Below the pieces are notes generated by a model. The model was not told where the DNA came from. It searched no databases and saw only the letters and a program-made list of their open reading frames with translations. DNA of 32,044 nt from Octopus bimaculoides (lineage: Eukaryota): assembly GCF_001194135.2 (NCBI RefSeq), contig NC_068981.1:195836054-195868097 (forward strand), in the 5' to 3' direction. Shown piece after piece: positions 22,766 to 32,044 of the stretch. Numbering within the stretch: position 1 is the stretch's first letter; every line of letters begins with the position of its first letter. The translations under genes and the position numbers were made by a program.

Positions 22766-22975
22766 CCCCAAAAACGAAGAACAAACACAAAAAACAACAA
22801 GACGAGGACGTGGTACATGCAAAGTACTAGCAGACGCTCAGGGAAGGAAAGAAAGGTGGTTTTACGTTTCGAGCAAAGCTCTTCTTCTTAAGAAACAGGA
22901 GACAGAGGAAAGAAAGTCCAACAGAAAAGGAAGACGGAGGAAAAAAATCGCCAACGATTCACAAGTGGTTACATT
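22766..22975 (-). mobile_element. Non-coding repeat with an interrupted hammerhead-like motif (22859-22896)
   Basis: Minus strand GTTT-CT[taa]GAAGA-A-GAGC[ttt]GCTC-GAAACGTA-AAAC; related to 16686-16870. Confidence 0.55.
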
Positions 22976-23009
22976 TTGAAAATGTATATATATATATATA
23001 TATATAAAC

Positions 23010-23172
23010 GTTATTTACATTATTTACATTTGGCGGATATTTATCCTCATCTTGTTTGTTGTTAACACAACGTTTCGGCTGCTATATCCCCCAGCCTTCA
23101 TCAGGTGTCTTGGGGAAATTTCGAACCTGGGTTCTCATTCCTAAGGTATTTTTAAATGTTGTTATTATTATT
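23010..23172 (-). mobile_element. Family A 3' half, inverted and fused to the head of the next copy
   Basis: Contains the end of the AAT run, the body, the hammerhead and the duplicated tail. Confidence 0.9.
23064..23109 (-). ncRNA. Minimal type I hammerhead ribozyme, core intact
   Basis: GACAC-CTGATGA-A-GGCTG[ggggatatag]CAGCC-GAAACGTT-GTGTT: complete CUGANGA/GAAA/UH core, 5-bp stems I and II, palindromic ACGU in place of stem III. Activity is untested. Confidence 0.75.
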
Positions 23173-23177
23173 TTGCG

Positions 23178-23404
23178 CACAGGAATATGGCGTAGTGGTT
23201 AAGAGCACGGGCTACTAACCCCAAGATTATGAGTTCGGTTCCAGGCAATGACCTGAATAATCAAAATAACCATTACAATAATAATAATAAAAATAATGAT
23301 GATAATAATAACAATAACAACAACAACAACAACAACATTGAAAAATACCTTTAGAATGAGAACCCAGGTTCGAAATTTCCCCAAGACATCTGATGAAGGC
23401 TGGA
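23178..23404 (+). mobile_element. Family A SINE copy 3, 3'-truncated inside the hammerhead
   Basis: Head atatggcgtagtggttaagagcacgggctactaacc, mixed AAT/AAC run, ends at ctgatgaaggctgga. Confidence 0.9.
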
Positions 23405-23464
23405 TTATTGCTTGTACAAAGCACAAAATATTTGAACAACCTTTTAAGACAATTCTTAATATTT

Positions 23465-23698
23465 AAGCAATTGCAGCGTGGAAGGTGTTTATAAGCCATT
23501 GAAAAACACACAAAAACCGTCAGATTCACTTTGAAACAGCGACCAAAATTCCGAGCTGCGGAATTTTGTCAGTGAACTGGTCGTGGTTTCAAAGCGAAGA
23601 AAATATACTGACAAATTAAATTTAAACGTTGAAGTGAATCCAACGGTTTTTGTGTGATTTTAAATGGCTTATAAACGCTGTCCACGCTGCAATTGTTT
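23465..23698. repeat. Fold-back element centred on aaaattccg-agctg-cggaatttt
   Basis: About 68-bp imperfect outer arms (caattgcagcgtgga..gattcactt / aagtgaatc..tccacgctgcaattg) plus nested inner arms. Confidence 0.85.
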
Positions 23699-24306
23699 TT
23701 GTTTCAGCACATGATCTCTGATCAGGTCACTTGCTATGCAAGTGCATCACCGTAATTCTTAATATTTAATTCTGAAAATATAAGATCTTTTAAAACACTG
23801 AATGTCAACGATGGTACAGTAGAGTAAAATAGGAATGAATGTGATCCATAGGCATAAAATGGTTACGAACCACTGGTGATCATCACCATCACGGTCATCA
23901 TCGTTGTAGTCGCCATCGTCAACACATCCACCACCATCATCGTCATCATCACTATCAGCAACAGCATTAACTGCTTCAAGATCGACAACTACATCAGGTT
24001 TTATATTCTACGATCACTATTTCTGCAAAAACAGTAATACCAACAACAACAACAATGGTAAGAAACCAAAACAGCAATACCAACAACATAAGAGAGCAAA
24101 CCAACAAAACACATAATAAAAAAACAAATAAAGCTAGGTGCTAATTTTGTTTGAAACGACCAATCATTTTTTTTTTCAGTTCTTATCTGGTATTTTTATA
24201 TATTTTTGTTTTGTTTCGTTCATTTTGTTTTCGAAGGTTATCCTTCCTTTAATCAACTGGCTTCTCTTCCACTATCACCCACAGACACAGCGCATATTTA
24301 CACATA

Positions 24307-24365
<59 letters not shown>

Positions 24366-25290
24366 ACATACATATATGTATGCATATACAAATGCACGTA
24401 CGCCTACGACACACACATCCACATCCACATTACAAACACTCACTCGCACACAAACACACACATCATGGTTCTCCCTCACTCACACTTATCACTCTCCTGT
24501 CTCTTTTCCTCTTTGTATATCTATCAATCTTCCTATATGTATGCGTACATATATATATATATATATATANNNNNNNNNNNNNNNNNNNNNNNNNNNNNNN
24601 NNNNNNNNNNNNNNNNNNNNNNNNNNNNNNNNNNNNNNNNNNNNNNNNNNNNNNNNNNNNNNNNNNNNNNNNNNNNNNNNNNNNNNNNNNNNNNNNNNNN
24701 NNNNNNNNNNNNNNNNNNNNNNNNNNNNNNNNNNNNNNNNNNNNNNNNNNNNNNNNNNNNNNNNNNNNNNNNNNNNNNNNNNNNNNNNNNNNNNNNNNNN
24801 NNNNNNNNNNNNNNNNNNNNNNNNNNNNNNNNNNNNNNNNNNNNNNNNNNNNNNNNNNNNNNNNNNNNNNNNNNNNNNNNNNNNNNNNNNNNNNNNNNNN
24901 NNNNNNNNNNNNNNNNNNNNNNNNNNNNNNNNNNNNNNNNNNNNNNNNNNNNNNNNNNNNNNNNNNNNNNNNNNNNNNNNNNNNNNNNNNNNNNNNNNNN
25001 NNNNNNNNNNNNNNNNNNNNNNNNNNNNNNNNNNNNNNNNNNNNNNNNNNNNNNNNNNNNNNNNNNNNNNNNNNNNNNNNNNNNNNNNNNNNNNNNNNNN
25101 NNNNNNNNNNNNNNNNNNNNNNNNNNNNNNNNNNNNNNNNNNNNNNNNNNNNNNNNNNNNNNNNNNNNNNNNNNNNNNNNNNNNNNNNNNNNNNNNNNNN
25201 NNNNNNNNNNNNNNNNNNNNNNNNNNNNNNNNNNNNNNNNNNNNNNNNNNNNNNNNNNNNNNNNNNNNNNNNNNNNNNNNNNNNNNNNNN

Positions 25291-25337
<47 letters not shown>

Positions 25338-26069
25338 TACGTATGTATATATATGTATATATATATACATACTTATGTATATATATGTATATATATATAT
25401 ATATATACATACATACATACATACATACATACGTATGTATATTTGTATGTATGTATGTATATATGCAGGCATGCATGTATGTATATGTTTATGGTGACCT
25501 ATTCTCGTATCTATTCAACTATCTGTTCCTCTATAATCTATATTGGTGAGTACGTATTTAAGCATTGCCACCACCCCCTACACACACACACTCACACGTA
25601 TTTAGGCGTGTATACATACATACATGTATATGGTGTGTGTATATGGTGTGTATATTTATATATTCCCACATTTTAAAAAATTCATACGCTTCATAACTTA
25701 ATACTCCATTTTAACAATCTCCCCGACCCCGTCCCCTTGTCACTTCTCTCCCTACTCCACCGCATCCCCCACCCCATTTAATACCAAATTGCCCCATTAT
25801 ATCCACACACACACACCCCTCCACTTTCCCATGACATCCCCTTAAATCGCCCTCTCTGCCAACCTTGCCCCCTCCCACCACCACCATCACAAAAACGCCA
25901 CTATCAATGTTTACGTATCCCATCATCCACTAAAAAATAGTCGGAAGTGGAGGGGCGGGGGAGATTATTCATATTCTTTATCTTACCTTACTTCCGTTAT
26001 TTTCACAATTTCACTTTGAACTTTGCTTTACTTTTTTCTATTTATCATCATCATCATCATCATCATCAC

Positions 26070-26129
<60 letters not shown>

Positions 26130-26384
26130 GTCAATGTTTCTCTCTCCACTTTCATCACTTTTCATATTTAACAAAATATATCCCGTTTTGTTGTTGTTGC
26201 TGGTGCTATTGTATTAACGGGGCTCTCCTGCTTGCTGCATACATTTCTTTACCAGCAATAACAGCAGTAGTAGCAGCAGCAGTAGTAGTAGTAATAGTAG
26301 TAGTAGTTTGTGATGGTGGTGGTTGTGCTTGTTAATTTTGTCGTTCATTTATTAGAACGCATATTGCTTGTTATTGTTGTTATT

Positions 26385-26435
<51 letters not shown>

Positions 26436-26936
26436 GCTGCTACAATGACAATTGTTCTTCTTCGTGCTGTCGACACTGTTTCATATGCTTTATTTTTCGA
26501 TGTTTCTCGTTGTTGCTGAACTCTAAGTAATCCTGATATCACGAACCTATTATTAAACGTTTCCAGCCAAGAAAATCTGAATCATACTTTTAGACATTTT
26601 ATATGCTGGGACATCACTTGCCTGTCACCTCTTGTTTGGTGGCTATCTCTAGCAGAAAGAATAGTCCTTTAGTGGTTGTTGTTTTAATTTAGCTTTATGG
26701 GATCTGTTATGGAGCAGCCCTATAATCATACACAACCCAGCCGTGAATATCTTAGAGTACCAGGAACGCTTTGGTAACGCAGTTAAATAAGGTAGTTAAA
26801 GAGTTAAACGATAGACATGTGACCGTTCTTTATAGAATGTCGAATGTCTTTATATTGCTTTTCAATATGGTGTGTCATTTAGTTCATATTTCTTCGGAGC
26901 TGACCTTGTCAGAGATCAGTCACAATTCAGTAAACC

Positions 26937-26937
<1 letters not shown>

Positions 26938-26968
<31 letters not shown>

Positions 26969-26978
26969 TGTATGTATG

Positions 26979-27009
<31 letters not shown>

Positions 27010-27010
27010 G

Positions 27011-27041
<31 letters not shown>

Positions 27042-27108
27042 GTATGTATGTATGTACGTATGTATGTATGTATGTATGCATGCCTGTATGTATGTATGCA
27101 TGTATGTA
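26938..27108. repeat. (TATG)n microsatellite
   Basis: Direct reading. Many further (TA)n, (CA)n, (GA)n and (TAGA)n runs occur across the window, e.g. 1-70, 7960-8165, 8520-9065, 24290-24420, 28117-28197, 28935-29045. Confidence 0.97.
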
Positions 27109-27694
27109 TATAAGCGACATGCCTATTTATTCATCAACCCACACATAGTTTTAAATATGGAAAAATTACCCAAAACTTTGAAAAGCTAAAGATCAGCATA
27201 AACCAGACACTGGTCAGTTAGATATGACTTTTGCTTCTATTACAAAACCGCTTTCAGCTGCAACAAAATTGTATACACAAAAACATTTTCCTATACAAAA
27301 GGCTCAATGTAACATGTGATCGCTTTTTTTCAACTTCTCTCCTTTTCTCTTGTGGTATAGTATGTCAATTTTACCTTATGAATACTTACACTAATATATT
27401 TTCAGCTAAACTATGATACGAACACATTTATTCGATGAAAACGTATTTTTATATTTTTATTTTCGTCCATATAAATACATAAATAAAACTGTTTTCCCCT
27501 TATGTCAAAAAGTTAAACATGTTTAAATAAGCAAAAAATTATGTGTGCATACTTAAATATTTGACACATTAAAAACCACCTTTATAAGCTTTTGGGATTA
27601 AACTGATGTTTATTCAGTTAACTGGATACTGCGTTAATCAAGTTCTTACATGAAGTGCTAATGAGATGATAGTTTTGATTATAATTATCCCCTT

Positions 27695-27729
<35 letters not shown>

Positions 27730-28116
27730 NNNNNNNNNNNNNNNNNNNNNNNNNNNNNNNNNNNNNNNNNNNNNNNNNNNNNNNNNNNNNNNNNNNNNNN
27801 NNNNNNNNNNNNNNNNNNNNNNNNNNNNNNNNNNNNNNNNNNNNNNNNNNNNNNNNNNNNNNNNNNNNNNNNNNNNNNNNNNNNNNNNNNNNNNNNNNNN
27901 NNNNNNNNNNNNNNNNNNNNNNNNNNNNNNNNNNNNNNNNNNNNNNNNNNNNNNNNNNNNNNNNNNNNNNNNNNNNNNNNNNNNNNNNNNNNNNNNNNNN
28001 NNNNNNNNNNNNNNNNNNNNNNNNNNNNNNNNNNNNNNNNNNNNNNNNNNNNNNNNNNTATATATATATGAAAATATTGTATATTCACACACACACTCAC
28101 ATACACACACGCACAT

Positions 28117-28197
<81 letters not shown>

Positions 28198-28389
28198 GAG
28201 ATAGTGAAATATTCAAGTTAAATGAGGATCCAGGTTTCTCCTGTCCGTATATTCAACCAAACACACACTCTGCATAACATTATCATTCATGATTAGGTTT
28301 ACAATAAATATTTCTTTGTTATTTCTCAATCTCCGTTTAAAATAATGTTTCAGAGTTCCTGATAAAAATACGTGGCCACAGCTCACGAA

Positions 28390-28880
28390 AAGATGTGCCG
28401 CAAGGAAGTTGTGAGATATGAAATTCAAAATCAAGAGAACCTCTTATTTTCAGGCTCTGTCAATTGGAAAAAGTTACATCCCTGGAACATTCATTGCTCT
28501 CATTTTTAGCGAAGAGCGGAATTTCGTGAGCAGTTATTGGTAAGATGCGAAGAAGCATCACACTTTCCAACAAAGATTACTTGGGGTGACGAGGCTACAT
28601 TTAAATTAAATGCCTCTTGTAACCGACACATATGAACATCCTGGGCCTCTAAGAATCTACATGTTGTGGAGTTGCATCATATTAATTTACAGACCGTCCT
28701 TTTCTGACGCTGCTGCGACTGGTTTAATTCACTTCTACTTGTTGTGACAATCTGTCATACCAAACATTCAAGAGGACTTTGCAGATGTGGAATTTTATTA
28801 CCAGCAAGATTGAGCAGTGCAAACCTACCGTACTCATGTAAAGGCCTAACATGGTGAGATCTTTCCAAACGGGTGGGTTT
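28390..28880 (+). pseudogene. Tc1/mariner-superfamily transposase relic
   Basis: [44 protein letters not shown] (first catalytic D, near 28582) and FYYQQD*A (second D, 28802-28813), then IFPNGW; several stop codons. Confidence 0.85.
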
Positions 28881-28927
28881 TTCAGTTCAATAAAACACAA
28901 TTTTATTCTGCCTTTGATATTCCATTT

Positions 28928-28973
<46 letters not shown>

Positions 28974-28976
28974 ACA

Positions 28977-29022
<46 letters not shown>

Positions 29023-29263
29023 CAAATACACACAAACATACACACATGTTTAATGTTTGTTTTTAAGTTTAGCTAAAACAAAATCAATTTTACATTACAG
29101 TAAAATCTATTTGCCAACGCAACTTGGCAGTTCTAAGCAGGACGAGGTTGCTACTTTTTAACCCCAAGAAAACATCTTTTCCAGCTGGCTACCGACACAA
29201 CAATTCAATAGTGTCAGATTTGAGTATTGAACATGGTATATATATTAGCCAATACTCAAAAGG

Positions 29264-29347
29264 GTGAGTGTCGTGGATTTGAGTGGCCGTCTAACGATCA
29301 CTTGAGTGAGTGTCGTGGATTTTAGTAGCAATCCAACGATCACTGGA
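29264..29347. repeat. Two-copy 42-bp imperfect tandem repeat
   Basis: gtgagtgtcgtggattt......aacgatcact repeated at 29264 and 29306. Confidence 0.85.
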
Positions 29348-31058
29348 GAGTTTGCCGAAAATCAGGGTTTTTATAACTACTCATACACGAATCATAGAAC
29401 CGTAACCCCGTGAAAGATTTCTCCAACGAAGTTCATAATTCGTATATGGGCAGTAATTTTTAACCAATGAGAAATCAATAATTTCTCATGTTCGGGCAAA
29501 CGAACTTACGTTCTATCTCCGCCTCTTATGAGTGTGCTACTTCATCATGCTCTTCCTCACTAAGACCTAACCTTTAAGATAATGTCACTTCTAAATATTA
29601 GTCTTTTCTATACGATGTCATTCCGGACCTACATTTCCTAAACGCCTTCGTCTGTCCAATCAGAATTTTCTTTTCCACCCAGCTGACATCAATAGACACA
29701 TTCAACTTAAAAGCTGTTCCGTAATCTTTAAAAAAACTCAACGGAAAACTAGAAAAAAGAGAAAGAGGGAGGGAGGGAGGGAGGAAGAGAGAAAGATGGA
29801 CGGCAGTTAAAACACCAAAACCCTTTCCCTNNNNNNNNNNNNNNNNNNNNNNNNNNNNNNNNNNNNNNNNNNNNNNNNNNNNNNNNNNNNNNNNNNNNNN
29901 NNNNNNNNNNNNNNNNNNNNNNNNNNNNNNNNNNNNNNNNNNNNNNNNNNNNNNNNNNNNNNNNNNNNNNNNNNNNNNNNNNNNNNNNNNNNNNNNNNNN
30001 NNNNNNNNNNNNNNNNNNNNNNNNNNNNNNNNNNNNNNNNNNNNNNNNNNNNNNNNNNNNNNNNNNNNNNNNNNNNNNNNNNNNNNTATATATATATATA
30101 TATATCACAATGTAGCTTTGTCTATTCCCCTTCACTTACTCTTTCTCTCTCTCTCTCTCACACTCTCTCACTCTCTCTGTATTATACAATAAACGTATAT
30201 ACGCGACCCAGCGACTGATGACTATCTTTAGGTCACCGCACTATCGCAATATATAAATACATCGCTGATTTTTGTCTAGAATTTGAAAAATACTAATTTT
30301 TTAGCTTTCTGCAACATCAAACGGAACAAATGTGTTATACTCGCTCTCTTATTGCGCAGTGGTTTTCTTCTCAAAAGAGGGGGCATAAGTGTTACAAAAG
30401 TAGCAAGTCTTACCCACAGAATATCCACATTAAGTTGGAGATGAAGATTATCTTTCGGCCAAGACAACCTTTTGGTATCAATACTGTTTCGGTCTCTATT
30501 AATTATTTCTTAAGAAGCCCATTGGCTATTTAGACACTACAGCCTGAATAGAAGCTGAGATTCTATACATAGCTGACGGAAGATTCGGCTGTTATTGCAT
30601 TGCTGGCCATCTGTCACTGAGGAACCAATAGCAGGGTGAAATCACAGGATCTAGCACTTCCTTTTGACGACCGTTGCAGACGATTGTCATCTGCAAACGA
30701 TATAAGTACTTGTGCTTTTAGGCACAACGAGACATTATGAGAGATCCTACCAAAGTAAATAACGCATTGTTCTGAAAATGGCGTGCAGGGACATCGTATT
30801 TCGTTATGCAGCCACGATACACTGCAAAGTATATTAAACGTTTTTATAAGTCAGTTCTGTGTTCTTCTGTGTTAGTAGTGCTATTAAATCACTTGTTAAA
30901 ATCATCTCTGCAGAGTTTCCATAGAAACTGATTTTGTTGCATACCAGCTTCTAGGAATGTGTGTAATATGTCAAATTGATAAAATTAAAATTGGTATATC
31001 CAATACCGTTACACCGCCATGATTGTGGTTATTTAAGCAATACGTTCATGGACAGTGA

Positions 31059-31166
31059 AGGCGCGTGGCTTATTGGTCGGGGCATTCGGCTCATGATCGT
31101 AACGCCGTGAGTTCAATTCCCGGCGAGGCATTGTTTCCTTGAGTAAGACACTTTATTTCACGTTGC
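31059..31166 (+). mobile_element. Fourth SINE type: tRNA head plus CORE/Meta-like start, truncated by a LINE
   Basis: Box A tggcttattgg (31066-31076), box B gagttcaattcc (31109-31120), then ccttgagtaagacactttatttcacgttgc. Confidence 0.7.
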
Positions 31167-32044
31167 AGACCTACATGGGAAAAAGGCAACCCTGGATTAC
31201 ATCAAGATAAAAGAGGAAGATGTAATATCGGCCATTGATGAGAAGAGCTCAAACTCAGCAACGGGCCTGAATGGATTTCCGTCTGTTCTCCTAAAAACAT
31301 GCAAGAAAACTCTCGCAAAAACCACTGCAGATACTTTTTCAGAGTTTCCTTGCATGTGAGAAACTTCTTAAACTGTTAAAAGAGGGTATCATATGTCCTG
31401 TCCATAAAGGACGAAGTAGAGCAGGTGCTAAAAATAAATGGTTGATCTCTCTGACGTCACATGTTAGCAAGGTCGGGGAACATATTGTCAAAAGGTGACA
31501 GATTAAGTTCCTGGAAGAGAATAACTTGTTCACAAACACACAACATGATTTCCGTCCAGGGAGGAGCTGCATCAGTCAGTTACTACAACATTATATTGAA
31601 ACAGCAGTTCAACCATTCAAATGTGGACATGATAAATCTCGACTTTGCCAAGGCATTTGACAAAGTTGACCAGGGGTTGATATGTCACAAACTACTCGAC
31701 CGTGGTATCACTGGAAAACTGGGAGAGTGGCTGCATGACATTTTAAAGGGCAGAAGTCAGGCAGTTCCAACCAATGGTGCTCTCTCTCTGGGGTGACATC
31801 AATCCACAGCAGAGTTCCTCAGGGAACTGTACTAGGACCACTATTGTTTGTTGTGGCTCTCTCAGACATGTTGTCACTCATACAGTCAGCCATTCTCAAC
31901 AGCTACACTGAGGATACAAAATTATCTCAGGCAGTCAAGGACCCTGGTGACATAGTAAAACTACAAAGTGACCTGCGTGTAATATACAAGTGGTCTGATG
32001 AAAATAACATGCCGTTGAATGCTGATAAGTTTCAAGCACTTCAC
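31167..32044 (+). pseudogene. CR1/L2-group LINE reverse transcriptase relic; runs off the window end
   Basis: ISLTSHVSKV, QHDFRPGRSC, DFAKAFDKV (31641-31667), VPQGTVLGPLLF (31814 onward), YTED in place of YADD (31904-31915); stop at 31496 and frameshifts. Confidence 0.93.

Larger units (their letters stand above)
2161..30086. other. Eleven assembly gaps (2161-2293, 5161-5500, 5955-6511, 12735-13108, 15961-16681, 18839-19437, 21579-21832, 22481-22512, 24570-25290, 27730-28058, 29831-30086)
   Basis: N runs, mostly bordered by microsatellites. Confidence 0.99.

Noticed and set aside
1-30135. Dozens of long ORFs (poly-YI, HT, CV, I, D, M, N; X-filled)
   Set aside because: They are translations of microsatellites or read-through of N gaps, with no domain content.
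30215-30240. CTGATGA followed by a short hairpin
   Set aside because: No GAAA follows.
30686-30697. FADD motif on the minus strand (ISFADDNRL)
   Set aside because: Flanking RT motifs are not convincingly recoverable by eye; an HMM search would be needed.
1-32044. CRISPR array, rRNA or prokaryotic features
   Set aside because: No regularly spaced repeat-spacer pattern or rRNA-like sequence; the DNA is eukaryotic and repeat-rich.

Overview
Eukaryotic, AT-rich, repeat-dominated scaffold window with 11 N-gaps totalling about 4.3 kb. The very dense (TA)n/(CA)n/(TATG)n/(AAT)n/(GAT)n microsatellites and the SINE families suggest a coleoid cephalopod (Octopus-like) genome; this is inference. No intact host gene is recognisable, and nearly all listed ORFs are microsatellite or gap artefacts. 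Supported content: at least four tRNA-headed SINE types; decayed LINE relics (RTE at 4.4-5.1 kb, two R4/Dong-type RLE fragments at 16.9-17.6 kb, CR1/L2-type RT at 31.2-32.0 kb); a Tc1/mariner transposase relic (28.4-28.9 kb); hAT and mariner ends; four fold-back/MITE-like palindromes; and a weak chain of candidate minus-strand micro-exons. Main observation: one tRNA-headed SINE family (here family A) ends in a minimal Penelope-type hammerhead ribozyme (stem I-CUGAUGA-A-stem II-GAAACGUU-stem I). One copy has an intact core (23064-23109, minus strand). Two of the three family A loci carry an inverted 3' fragment fused to the SINE 5' end, as seen in Penelope-like element insertions. Two other unrelated repeats (16.8 kb and 22.9 kb) carry the same hammerhead geometry with different stems.
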